Assembly: GCA_024626585.2 (NCBI GenBank)
Contig: JANKJI020000002.1
Coordinates: 247,696,894-247,760,893, forward strand
Direction: 5' to 3'
From: Ginkgo biloba
Taxonomy: Eukaryota > Plantae > Ginkgophyta
Length of the DNA stretch: 64,000 nt
The notes under the pieces are model-generated. The model did not search any database, was not told the DNA's origin, and saw only the letters and a program-made list of their open reading frames with translations. This document shows, piece by piece, positions 11,826-24,169 of the stretch. Position numbers and translations under genes: made by a program. Numbering within the stretch: the stretch's first letter is position 1; every line of letters begins with the position of its first letter.

Positions 11826-14296
11826 TGTTATTGCAAAACACACCCCATAATGGGAATAGAGCAGGGACCCCCTTTTTTTAATTTCTTATAAGGAGGAACT
11901 TACCAACCACTTGAAAGGCCTAAAGCCTATTTATCTCTTTTGCCTTTGGATTCCCCATAGCCGAATGCATTCTAGGTGGTTTTTGTTAATTCCCCGATGC
12001 CTTGATCTTCACATTGTACTATATATACTTATGTCCTTGAGGAAAAGAGTAGGGTTCCCCACAGGAACTTAACATTTAAAAGGAAAAGTTGTGTTCCACT
12101 CTAGCGTGCCTCATGGAGCCTTGTTATTTCTTTTTCTCCCTCACTAAAGTTTATTCAAAACCACATTTCATGGGGTTGTTGTTGGAGTGTCTTATGTGTA
12201 GGTCTAAGGACTCATGAGATGAGACCACATGGCAGGCTACTGCACCCTCACCTCCTGCATACGAAAGAAGGATTAATATTTGTTAAAATAGTTGGTGGAA
12301 TAACAACAGTTACCAGGCCTTATGAGATGTTGACGTATGGCATGATCCTGAGGCCTAATTCTCACAGGTTTCCCTAAGTATAAATATATGAAAAATTAAT
12401 GATATGATCCTACCCTGAGCGAGACACCATCACATGGAAGTTCTCCATGCCCCCTCTCTCTCACAAAGTTTAAGACAGATCCCAAGATATGAAAATAGCT
12501 CTGAGGATTATGCGACATGAGATGCTGATAAGTGTCATCATCTCAGATAGGGGATGTTGTCTAGTACTCTAATGAAAAGTTTACACAAAGTGAGAAGAAC
12601 CGCAAGCTCCATCTCGCAAGATAGCAACACTTGTCAAATTCTATGGCTATCTCGAGGGCCTCAGCATAACTACAAAAACTAAGTCCGCACTAAGCGCTCT
12701 GAGATGGCTACCCGTGTCTCAATCTCAGGGGATTATAGCCTTATAGATCCCAATGAAAAAAGAGGGATATGTAAAGGATCCTCCAAGCCCCAAGTATTTG
12801 AGGTAGCGCCAAGTGTCACTTATCATATACTCCATGGGGTTGTTGAGTAGTAACTGCCAAAGGGTCCTAGATAGCTAGTGCCCGACCCTGTGAGATCACA
12901 ACACATGTAGGGCCACCATTCAAACTAAGGTAAATCCTACATGAATTGACACACATCTACCACCAGCTCCCACTGGGTGCAATGCATCATCCATCTAAGG
13001 AAGCGGCTTATGACTCACCATCCACCTCAAAAAACTAGGAGAAAGGAGTTTGAAGATGGGTCCAGATGATCAGGCAGCCTATGGTAATTGAAGTAGTCTC
13101 ACCTTTATCAGTTTTGATTATTTTCTTGAAGTGGGGTTATTTTTTTTCCCAAAATATCAATGTATGTACATAATACTCCTATCAAAGGGAAAGTATAGGG
13201 TCCATGTCAGGTCATCTGTCACCTTGCTCGTTGGGTCAGGATCTTGATGTATTTCTCTGAGGGTGTGAAGGCCTCATCATGGGGATCATTACAAAATATA
13301 CAAGGGGGAATGATTCCTTTAATGATTTTTTAACTCTAGGTAGTGGGACCATACTAGAGTTAGTTTTGGGATTAAGAGGTAGATATAAGATGTAACATCT
13401 ATACCCTATGAAAAAGGATCTAGAGGAAGTTATGTGAAATATTTTCAGTTTCTTCTTCTGAGAAGTTTTTGGTAGTTGTTCTCTTTCTCTCTCTCTCTTT
13501 CTCTCCCTAATCCCACCTATGTATTGTAATATAATTGATCTCTTATGAAGGAAATATACTATGAAAATTTCTTGCATCTTTTCGATATTTGATGGATTGT
13601 GCAATTTTATGTTCTTAGTATATTGAAATCTCAATGTGTATCAATTTTATTTGAAGTTTGATTGTGAGTAAGTTATTTCCTATGTACCTAAGAGCTCACA
13701 AGGGAAAAGGTTGAGTTGTGCTAACCCTTAACATTTGGCTAGTCATTCTCTGACATTTGGATAAGTGGGATGTTCTTATGCAATCCATAATCTATTGTGT
13801 TAGTTTTCACCACTGTGTGAGCTTGTTACACTGTTAAACATAGTGTATCAATATGAGCACATTGATATATTGATCACCTTCTTTCAGGCTAAATTTAAAT
13901 TCCTGTTACACCCATCCACTCTTCATATGAGCACAATTCGTTCTTTCTTTCTTCTAAAATAATGTATTGACTGAGCACCTAAGGCATGTACAAATCCAAG
14001 CATAAGCTATTTTTTATATGATATGGTAGAATAGTTCTTTTAGTAGTTGCTAATGATTACACATTGTCTTTTCTGCTTCACCCTTCTTCCTTATGAGGTT
14101 TATTTGATGTCTATAAGCTCGCCTAGTTAGGGTCTTTGTGAATATCCATCATTAAGAAGCTCTCCTATAGGTTTATAAAACTCCCATGCTCACCTTGAGT
14201 TACCTTGGGCTCTATTTCCAATAGGATCCCTAAAATGTGTAGGTGGAAACACATGAATATCACTGATGTGAGGTGTAGACAAAACACTAAACAACA
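11826..14296 (+). repeat. 3' LTR of the Tat element
   Basis: Starts TGTTATTGC, ends AAACAACA, followed by TSD AGTTT; several small deletions relative to the 5' LTR. Confidence 0.92.
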
Positions 14297-14750
14297 AGTT
14301 TCTTATTTTCCTACTATTACTAGTATAGTTATTTTTTGCATTATTATTAGTGAAATCTTTATTTCGTATCCTAAAGTAGGATTATCAAGGTTTTGGGTGT
14401 GTTCTCCTTATTTAACTATTTAAATCTTTTAAAAAGGGAGAGAAAAAGGAAATGAAGAAATATTTTCACTCTTTTGACATAGTGGCACAATAAATGATTA
14501 CATTGTATGTGCATTTTTCAAGACCAATGCTTTATATTTTGAATGTCAATGAAAGAACAAATGATTCAAGTTAAAACATATATTTCTATTTCTTGCAAGA
14601 ACATATTCTAAATATTTATATCATATGTTCATTCATGTTAGATTAAATTATATTCTACACACAACCACACATGTTCATATGTATTGAGGTGCGTGTGTAG
14701 GGTGTGTTAAACCTTTTCTATGAGAGAAACCACAATCTTTCATACATTTT

Positions 14751-14768
14751 TTGTGACTCCAATAGGGA
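14751..14768 (+). promoter_or_regulatory. Degenerate PBS (tRNA-Arg, Ogre-type) of the old host element
   Basis: ttgtgactccaataggga matches TGGCGACTCCACTGGGGA at 14/18 positions, 4 nt after a CATACA LTR-like end at 14746. Confidence 0.6.
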
Positions 14769-15856
14769 GGTAGGTCCATAATTTACATCTACATTTCCAT
14801 TCCCCTTAGTTTACGTTATCTTTCACATGGCTCTTATGGGTGCATCTTAGGTGTTTTATTTTCAAATCACATTTTGAATCTTGGTATTACATTGTTGAGA
14901 CTAAGACCCCATGATCTTACATGGAACCTTTAGTATTTCTTCCCCTAGCCAACCAGAGATGAATACTAGTGGGGAAGGATACTATTAGGCATCACTTTTT
15001 CCCCTCTTAAGGAACCCTTCCTACAAATCCCAGGGCCATTTTTTATGAACCTTGTTCCTTTAGGTGATTCATTTAAGTATGTGCGATCTTCAAATAAGGA
15101 GTTGATACTTCATTAACCATGTTGATAACATGGGACGGATCTATGCATATCCTCCAAGTATGATTAGTGATGTGAACATATCACTTATCTCTCTTTAGGA
15201 GGCCCATAGGGGTCCTCATTATCCCTAAGGGAACTAGTCTCTCTACTTCATCTATGTCACTAGGGGTTTACTCTAAGTTTACAATGGAGGATTATAGTTA
15301 AGTTGTAGCATAGGCCAAGGTAGACCATCTCAATAGTATGGTATCTTAATTTAGGATGTGGTAGCTTAGAGACTTAGGTGCTACCCATGTCTTTCCTAAG
15401 ACAACTAAGTGGTGATTATCATAAATACTTAGCTATTTTAGTCAAGAGATACCTATTTTGATAGTTTCTAACATTTACAACCTTTTACCTAATTGACCTT
15501 TCTAAGGATATCCTATCAGAGGGGATTCTATCCCCTTCACTTTTTATTTTTATTTTATAATTACATTATCATATCATATCATATATATATATATATATAT
15601 ATATACTCATATTGATGCATTACCACTATAGAGCCTCACACATGTGATGAATACCTTAAGTAGGGGGTATGCTACTCGCATAGCCTTTAGGGTCTTCCCC
15701 TTAAGAATCTTACATACTTCTAATTTCCTATGAGAGGTTAGTGTTCTAGACCCGATACACTTACTTAGTCTTCTGTGTTTACTCGTACATTCCCTCATTT
15801 TGAGGTGGATTCTTGATCTTCCTTGGGACATACTCTACATTGCTTTGATGAGGTGG

Positions 15857-17345
15857 TGATCCATTTTTTGATCTTGACAATCAATATTTCTATCAATTGT
15901 TCATAAAGTTCCAACTTGTGGTCAAAGTTTAGAGGAATATGATCAGTTTGCAGTTGAAGGTCCTCAAGGAAAAAAATGTAGAGTTTTCAAAGATATTTAT
16001 AAGAAAATTAGCATCATAGAAAATAGAGTTGTTGTTCGAGAGTTTGGACTCGATCTAGATCGAAGATCCTATTTTCATTATTTTTTATAAAAAAACCAAC
16101 TTGAGGTAAGATTTTTAAAACAATTGAGAATAATTCAGCAAAAGGTCCATAGGAAAAAAGTTACAGAATTTCCTATAGGCTTTAGAGTGAGCCTAAGAAC
16201 TTGAAAAATTAAGTTGTGGATCAAAAGTTATGATAAGACCAAGGAGTGTTCAAAATATTTCTAAAATCGCCTATTTTTCTGTAACTAGAAAAAAATATGG
16301 ATCCAACTTCCAAACGAGATGTTTGTGGCTTTTGAGACCATCGATAAACTTCCTATAATAGGGGTAATCCTTAACTTTTAAAGTTTTAAACTTCAAGTTT
16401 AAATTAGTTGATGTAAAAAATTTTCATGTCATTGTTGGTTTGAAATTTTCATGTCAGAGTGGATTTTTTATTTCCATATCGGTGTCAATTTTAGATTTTC
16501 ATGTTGGTATCATTTTGAAATTTTTATGTCAATGTGGGTTTTACTCAATCTAACGAATGACATGACAAAAATTCGACGTTCGACATGACAACAAAAATAT
16601 GATGTTTGACATGACAACAAAAAACCAACATGAGAAATTTGATGTGACAAATCTGACATGATACATCCGACATGACAAATTTGACATGAAAAAATCCAAC
16701 AATTGACATGACAAGGAAAATTTTGACAAGTGACATGAGATCCAATCTAATGATAGAACTTACAAAGACAAAGGCAAAGACCAACAAGGAGAAAAATGAC
16801 AAAGGATAACTGACTGTCTGATAGATGATCAATTACACAATGGTTTTAACTACGTATGAGGCTATAAAATGTAGAAATTAAGACAAATGAAGGAGGAAAG
16901 GACAAAAATCCATGTAAATAGAATAACGACTCATCTAGAGAGTGACACAACCATAAGGAATAAGATTAAAATCTTTGTATAAATGGTAAGAAAAATAGAA
17001 GTGACAAAATGTGAGAGAGCCTTTAATGACATAATAGCTCCATACTTGAACTGAAGATTGTCCAACGATATATTTTTCTTTACTACCTTGTTGTAAACCA
17101 ATTTTTAATAATATTTTGGAGTTTTCTTCCCCATGAATGCTTCTCTAGTTTAAATATTTGTGTCTATGTAAAGATTTATGTATGTTTCTAGTTTATTACT
17201 TTGAATTTTTTAGATTTTAAAATGTTGCGACTACATACATGTTTAGATATAGAATTCTAATTATTCTAAATCAATTAATCTGAAAATAAGAATTTATAGT
17301 TACTAATATTGGGAGATTTTGACTCACCCACTAAAATACAGATCA
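15857..17345 (+). repeat. 5' LTR of the CRM-like element
   Basis: Colinear with 22006-23481; TATA-like ctataaaa at ~16862. Confidence 0.9.
16421..16740. repeat. Opposed micro-arrays in the LTR: 5 x 25-bp TTTTCATGTC units, then GACATGACAAA units
   Basis: 25-bp period over 16421-16545; the reverse-complement motif is repeated over 16558-16740; a second copy lies at ~22600-22912. Confidence 0.85.
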
Positions 17346-17348
17346 AAG

Positions 17349-17360
17349 TGGTATTAGAGC
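17349..17360 (+). promoter_or_regulatory. PBS, initiator tRNA-Met
   Basis: tggtattagagc matches TGGTATCAGAGC at 11/12 positions, 3 nt after the LTR end CA. Confidence 0.9.
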
Positions 17361-17659
17361 ATTCTTGTTCCTAAGTCTGTGTGCATGGTGAAAATGAGAA
17401 TTGGTTATTCTTGAAGTGGAGAACCATTATTGCCCAGTTTAACAACTTTTTAAACTCAAAGAATACAAATAATGGAAGAAAGAGAAAAGGATGAATATGT
17501 TAAAGAGAGAATCCAAAAGTTGGGAAGTAGCATAGAGACCATTTATAAATTACTGTAAGAGTTGAAGCCTAAAAAGGATGAAAAGAGACTAGAAATAGAA
17601 CCAAATACTTTGAAGAGAGATCAAGGAGATTTGAGCACTTTGAAGACTATTTTGGATTG

Positions 17660-20600
17660 AAGTGAAAGTGGAGATTCGGCCTTATGATGGATAGATGGAG
17701 CTAAAGAAATTGAACAACTGGATAAGATATCTTGAAGTATATTTCATCTCTATTATGCATTTTCTAATAAGGAGAAAATCTCCTTCTCTCGATTAAAGAT
17801 GGAAGGATATGCGCTTTTATGGTGGGAGAGTTTATGCCAAGGAAGGTTCCTCACCAAGTAGAAACTAGTGGTTGATTGGGAGGTGTTGAAGACTCTTTTC
17901 AAAGCTCAATTTTACCTGATGGGTTATGAGGAGTAATATTTTCAATGGCACTAGCTGAGACAACTCTAAGCGCAACGAGTCCAGGAGTATATGGCTAAAT
18001 TCAAAAAATAATATTTACAATTGAATATCAACTAGGTAGATCAAAAGATAATGATGAATTATCTTAGTGGGTTGCATAGTCATATTAAGAAGGAAGTCAT
18101 TATTTTTAAAGTGAATACCCTTGATGAGGCATGCAAGAAGGCTATATACGTCAAGGAAAAGCATGGAAAAATATTCTTTGATACAACCAACACTTCCAAT
18201 TTAGAATGAAGAAAGACTCTAGCGAAGAAAGGTCCTCCAAACAAGAAGAAATTTCCTCATTCAACCCAAAATGGAATCCAATGTGAACACTAGCATGTGC
18301 ATGACCATAAGAAGGAGCAATGATGGAATCCAAAGAATAAGAAGGGTAAAAAATTCCTCATGTCCTAGGCCAATAAGGTAGAAGGAAAGGAGATTGAAGG
18401 CACATCAGACGTTGATGATAAAGTCTTTTTGATGGAAAAAATAAAAGTTGGAAGTGATACCCCAACAAGGGAAGCTAAAGAAAAATATAAAGTTGATGAA
18501 ACTTCTGCTACTGTCGATAAGAGTGTTAAATGTAATGATACCAAGAACTAGTTGATGAATGCTACAAGGGAGAAACTATTCCATGTAAAAATGAAAATCA
18601 ATAAGACTATAGTGACAACCATCTTTGATTCATGCAGTCAAAGGAATTTAATCTCAGAAGCATTGGTATAATAATTGGGTTTGAAGACCACTACACACCC
18701 ATAACCATACCCATTGGGATGGTTGTAAAAGGATGCTTAACTTCAAGTCACTCACTAGTGCAAATTCAAATTCTATATCTCAAGCTAGTTCATTGACAAG
18801 GTTAAGTGTGATATGGTACCTATTGATGTATACGAGGTGGTGATTACCAGTCCATATCTATGGGATTATGATGCAATATTCCTAAGGAGATCCAAAAAAT
18901 GGAGGTTGGTTAAGGATTGGATGCCATACCTTATCAATATTTACTGAGGAAAGGATAAGATCTCATTAATTTTAGCAAACCAAGCCAAGTGACTGATCAA
19001 TGGTAGAAGGAAGTTAATGATGTTGGTTGTAAGACCAACCATGGATGAAGTCATAGTAGTAGAATCTTTAAAATCTACACTGATAGTTGAGTAGAAAGGA
19101 CAACTAGATTAGTTATTAGAAAAGTATGAAGATGTTTTCAAGGACCAAAAGGTATGCCACCCAAAAGAGAAATTGAATATGACATTTAATTATTCCTAGA
19201 TTCATCTCTATCCAATATTAGGTTGTACTAAACATCTACAGTGGGGAGTGAAGAGATCAAAAGGTAGATTCAAGAGTTTCTAGAATAAGGAGTCATTAAA
19301 CCAAGTGTATTACCATATGGGTCTCTAATTATACTTTTGTCGAAGAAAGATGGGACTTAGAGAATGTGCATAGATTTTAGGAAACTCAATAAGATCACCA
19401 TCAAGAATTAATATCTTTATTGAGGATTGATGATCTTTTAGATCAATTACAAGGGAAAAAGTACTTTTCAAAACTGGACCTCAAATTTGGATATCATCAA
19501 ATTCAGATAAAAGAAGAAGACACTTGGAAAATAACATTCAAGTCTAAGTAAGGGTTATTTGAGTGGTTAGTGATTCCATTTGGGCCAACCAATGCACCTG
19601 CAACATTCATTAGGCTCATGAATGAAACTATGCAAGACTTTATTGATTACTTTATTATGGTATATTTAGATGGCATTCTGGTATACAATAAGATATGCGA
19701 GGAACATATTCACCATTTAGAGAAGGTGATTGAGACACTATAGAAGAATAAGTTACAACTAAATATAAAGAAATGTGAATTTGCCAAATAGTTAATTGTG
19801 TATTTGGGTTTTGTGGTTGGAGGTGATCAACTAAAAATAGACCCATCCAAGATCCAAACTATTATGCATTGGCCAAGATCATCAAATTTGATAGAGGTGA
19901 GAAGTTTTGCTGGATCTTGCCAATACCTTCATAAGTTCATCCCTTATTTCTCCAACATGGCAACACCATTACATGCATTAACGAAGGGGGAGACAAAGTT
20001 TATCTGGAAAAAGACCCAAGAATAAGCATTCAACATGTTAAAGTAGAAAATTTGTAAAGAACCTATGTTGGGTCTTCTAAATTTATAGAAGCCTTTTGAT
20101 ATTGAGGAAAATGCATTAGGCTATGCAATGAGAGTTGTCCTTAAGCAAGAAGGGAGAAAAATTGCATAGCATTCTAAAAATTTTTAGGAGCTATCATAAA
20201 TTACCCAACATATGATAACAAATTGTATGTTATGCACCAAGCAGTGAAACATTGGCAAGCATACATGTTGGATAAGGAGACAGTGATTCACATTGATCAC
20301 AAACCTCTCCAATTTTTATAGACATAGTCCAAGTTGTAGTAAGAAAGACATGCCAAGTGGATGCCATACCTACAACAATTCAATCTTCTCATCAAGTATA
20401 CAAAGGGGATAATAAATAAGATTGTAGATTTGTTGTCTAGACCTCCTAGATCAACTATTCTCACAGTTGTTATGCAACTATAGATTTTTCCTTTAGAGGA
20501 GTTGCATATCCAATATGAAGGAGATTGAGATTTCCATCTAGTTATGGAAGCATTGAAGGCAGGGGGGTGAAAACTAGAATTTTATGTCTAAGAAGGTATA

Positions 20601-21126
20601 TTGTACAGAGATGACAAGCTGTGTGTACCTCAAGGAGATTGTTGAGTTTCTTTATTAAGAGAAGCTCATATCTCCAAAGTATCAGGACATTTTGGAGTTG
20701 AAAATATACTTGCAAATCTATAAAGATATGTGTAATTTCCATGTATGCAAATATATGTTGTTGAGTTTATTAAGGGATGTGTACTTTGTAATACATTAAA
20801 ACCAACTAATCGAAAGTTAGGTTTGTAAACACCTTTTCCAATTCTAAGATGACCATGGGAGAGCATCTCCATGGATTTTCTTGGAGGATTTCCAAAGATG
20901 AAAAAGGGTGATGACTACCTATTGGTGGTGGTGGATCATTTAAGTAAGATGACATTGTTGATACCTTGTAAGAAAACCATCTCTAGTCAAGAAGAAACCA
21001 AGTTGTTCTTTCAAAATATGTGGGTTTATTTAGGGATTTAAGAGTCCATAATCTTAGATAAGGATAGTTGATTCCTAAGTCACTTTTGGACAACATTGTG
21101 GGGAATGATGGATACCAAGTTGAAGA
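17660..21126 (+). pseudogene. gag-pol remnant (CRM-type)
   Basis: gag KVEIRPYDG...LKMEGYALLWW; PR LFHVK...IFDSCSQRNLIS...HP*PYPLGW; [22 protein letters not shown] and VYLDGILVY (YLDD decayed); RH YPTYDNKLY...IDHKPL; IN *PWESISMDFLGG. Many stops and frameshifts. Confidence 0.92.
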
Positions 21127-22005
21127 NNNNNNNNNNNNNNNNNNNNNNNNNNNNNNNNNNNNNNNNNNNNNNNNNNNNNNNNNNNNNNNNNNNNNNNNNN
21201 NNNNNNNNNNNNNNNNNNNNNNNNNNNNNNNNNNNNNNNNNNNNNNNNNNNNNNNNNNNNNNNNNNNNNNNNNNNNNNNNNNNNNNNNNNNNNNNNNNNN
21301 NNNNNNNNNNNNNNNNNNNNNNNNNNNNNNNNNNNNNNNNNNNNNNNNNNNNNNNNNNNNNNNNNNNNNNNNNNNNNNNNNNNNNNNNNNNNNNNNNNNN
21401 NNNNNNNNNNNNNNNNNNNNNNNNNNNNNNNNNNNNNNNNNNNNNNNNNNNNNNNNNNNNNNNNNNNNNNNNNNNNNNNNNNNNNNNNNNNNNNNNNNNN
21501 NNNNNNNNNNNNNNNNNNNNNNNNNNNNNNNNNNNNNNNNNNNNNNNNNNNNNNNNNNNATTAATTTTAAGCAAGGGTTAGATAAATCTATATAGTTTAT
21601 GTTTTGTTATGTTTTGTTTTGAATTGTAATATTTTGATGTAAGGAGTATTCTAAATTTATAAAGGAATATTCTAATTTTAGAAAATGGTGGGAATGTATG
21701 CCTATAAATTCAGTGTATTTGTGTTAATTTTCCATAATGGACGAGATTAAATGATTGAATTATTAATTTCTCCTTAGTCTTTATGTTGTGATATGAAAGA
21801 TGTATTGTGTTATGTTGAAGTGAAAGGAATTATGTAGTGCAATTAAAAGAAAAGAACACTATGAATTCTTAGTTGTCAAGAATTAAACAATAGATAAGGA
21901 AATAAGTAATCATGTCCATATGCTATGAAATGGATAATGAATTAATGAGAATTAGAGTAAATTGATCATGAATATGATGGGAATATGGGATTCAAGGCAA
22001 GCCAT

Positions 22006-23481
22006 TGATTCATTTTAGATCCCAAAAATTAATTTTTCATGAAGTCCCAACTTGCGGTCAAAGTTTGGAGAAATATGATTAGTTTTGAGCTAAAGGTCCT
22101 CAAGAAAATATTTGTAGAGTTTTCAAAGAGATTTATGAAGAAATTAGTGGCACAGAAAATGGAGTTATGATTCGAGAGTTTTGACTTGATCTAGATCCAA
22201 GACCCTATTTTTAATAGTTTTGATAAAAAACCAACTTGAGGTCAAATTTTAGATAAATTTGAGTAGAATTAAGCAAAATGTCCATAGGGGTAAAGTTATA
22301 GAATTTACTACAAGCTTTAAAATGAGCACAAGAACTCAAAAAATGGAGTTGTGGATCAAAAATTACGATGAGACCAAGGAGTGCTAAAAAAATTACTAAA
22401 ATTGCCTATTTTTCTATAACAAAAAAAAACTCTGGATCCAACTTCCAAATGAGATGTCCATGGCTTCTGAGACCATCATCAAACATACTAGAATGGGGGT
22501 AATCCTTAACTTTTAAAGTTTAAAACATCAAGTTTAACTTAAAGTCTTTAAAGTTTAAATTAGTTTATAAACTTTAAAAGTTACACTTAGTCAAAGTTTT
22601 GATGTCGGTCTAAAAATTTTTCATGTCAATGTCAGTTTAAAATTTTTATAGCAATGCAGGTTTTCAATTTTCATGTCAGCATCGATTTTATATTTTCATG
22701 TCGATGTCAATTTGAAATTTCTATGTCAGTGTCAGTTTCACTCAATCTGATGACCAACATGACAAAAAATTGATGTTTAACATGACAACTAAAATTTGAC
22801 ATGAAAAATCCAACATGAAATGTTTGACATGATAAATATACCATGATAAATTTAACATGACAAAATCTAATGACTGACATGATAAGGAAAATTTTGATGA
22901 TCGACATGAGATGTAATCTAACGATAAAACTTAGAAAGACAAAGAAAAAGACTAACAAAGAGAAAATCAACATAGAATAACTGACAGTCTGGTAGATGAT
23001 CAGTTATGCGATGGTTTTAACTACTCACATGGCTATAAAAAGTGAAAATTGCGATGAACAAAGGAGGGAAGGATAGACATCCATACAGATAGAATAATGA
23101 CTCAACTAGAGTGACACAACCATAAGGAAGAAGATTGAAATCATTGTACAGAAAGTAAGAAAGATAGAAGTGATGAAGTGTGAGAGATTATTTAATGACA
23201 TAATAGCTCTATATTTGAACTAAAGATTGTCCAATGACATATTTTTTGGTACTACCTTGTTGTAAACCAATTTTTAATATCTAGTTCAAAACTTTATGTC
23301 TATGTACATATTTGTGTATGTTTCCAATTCATTTCTTTGAATTTTTCAGATTCAAATATGTTGGAACTGTATACATATTTAGACACAAAATTCTAATTGT
23401 TTTAAATCAATTAATATAAAAATAAGAATCTATAGTTACTAACATTGGGAGATTTTGACTTACCCACTAAAATATAGATTA
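22006..23481 (+). repeat. 3' LTR of the CRM-like element
   Basis: Starts TGATTCATTT, ends TAGATTA; carries an extra aaactttaaagttt palindromic expansion at ~22508-22600. Confidence 0.88.
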
Positions 23482-24169
23482 GGTGGAGAGACTAGATTTA
23501 TTTTCTAATGTTCATCCCATTGGGTTTTTCACTCCTGATAGATTCCACCCCATATTGAGGTGGACCCACATCCCAGGTGGTTTTGCACCACTTGTATTCC
23601 ATGCTAATTTTCACTAAATTATAGGTCCCTCTAAATTAAATATGTATTTGTATCCCTCTCAATCAATTCCACACATAATTTTTCCATTTGTAGTGCTAAA
23701 TGTGCCCCCTTTTAATTCAATTTGACCTTACTTAGGGATCCTTATGGACTCATCCCATCCTATTATAGGGATATTTGTTCTTAGTAGGGAATAACAAACC
23801 CCTTTGGTCTTATCCATTCTATTTTATCACTTTGGTCAATACTTTAGGAACCCATATGGATTTCCATATCCATATACTTTCTTGTTCCCTGCATATTTCT
23901 CTTGACCCTCACAACCCATGGTTACACTATTCACACAATCTTTTCATTAGGTCTCGAGTTTAGTGGAATATTCCCAATATTTAAAAGGCTCTCAAACACC
24001 TTACACACCTATCACATATGTATCTATAGCTATAATACTTTCTCCTATTTCTTCTACAGGTGGGAACATGTTTGTGTAGCCTATATCCCCTCTTAAGAAG
24101 TCCTATATTGATTTCATATTAACCCCTTTAAGAAACATAGTCTAATTGACAATATTGCCTAGTCCTCTT

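Larger units (their letters stand above)
4916..14296 (+). mobile_element. Ty3/gypsy Tat-lineage LTR retrotransposon, non-autonomous (RT/RNase H deleted)
   Basis: Paired ~2.5-kb LTRs (TGTT...AACA/AATA) and a perfect 5-bp TSD AGTTT at 4911-4915 and 14297-14301. PBS plus gag, protease and integrase remnants. Confidence 0.93.
15857..23481 (+). mobile_element. CRM-like chromovirus (Ty3/gypsy) LTR retrotransposon, full length but decayed
   Basis: LTRs TGATC...GATCA/GATTA; TSD GGTGG at 15852-15856 and 23482-23486; PBS-Met; domain order gag-PR-RT-RH-IN. Confidence 0.92.

Noticed and set aside
21068-21595. Long ORFs containing X runs (also at 32440, 33785, 38486, 58464)
   Set aside because: Their length comes from N gaps; any real residues belong to the TE remnants already listed.
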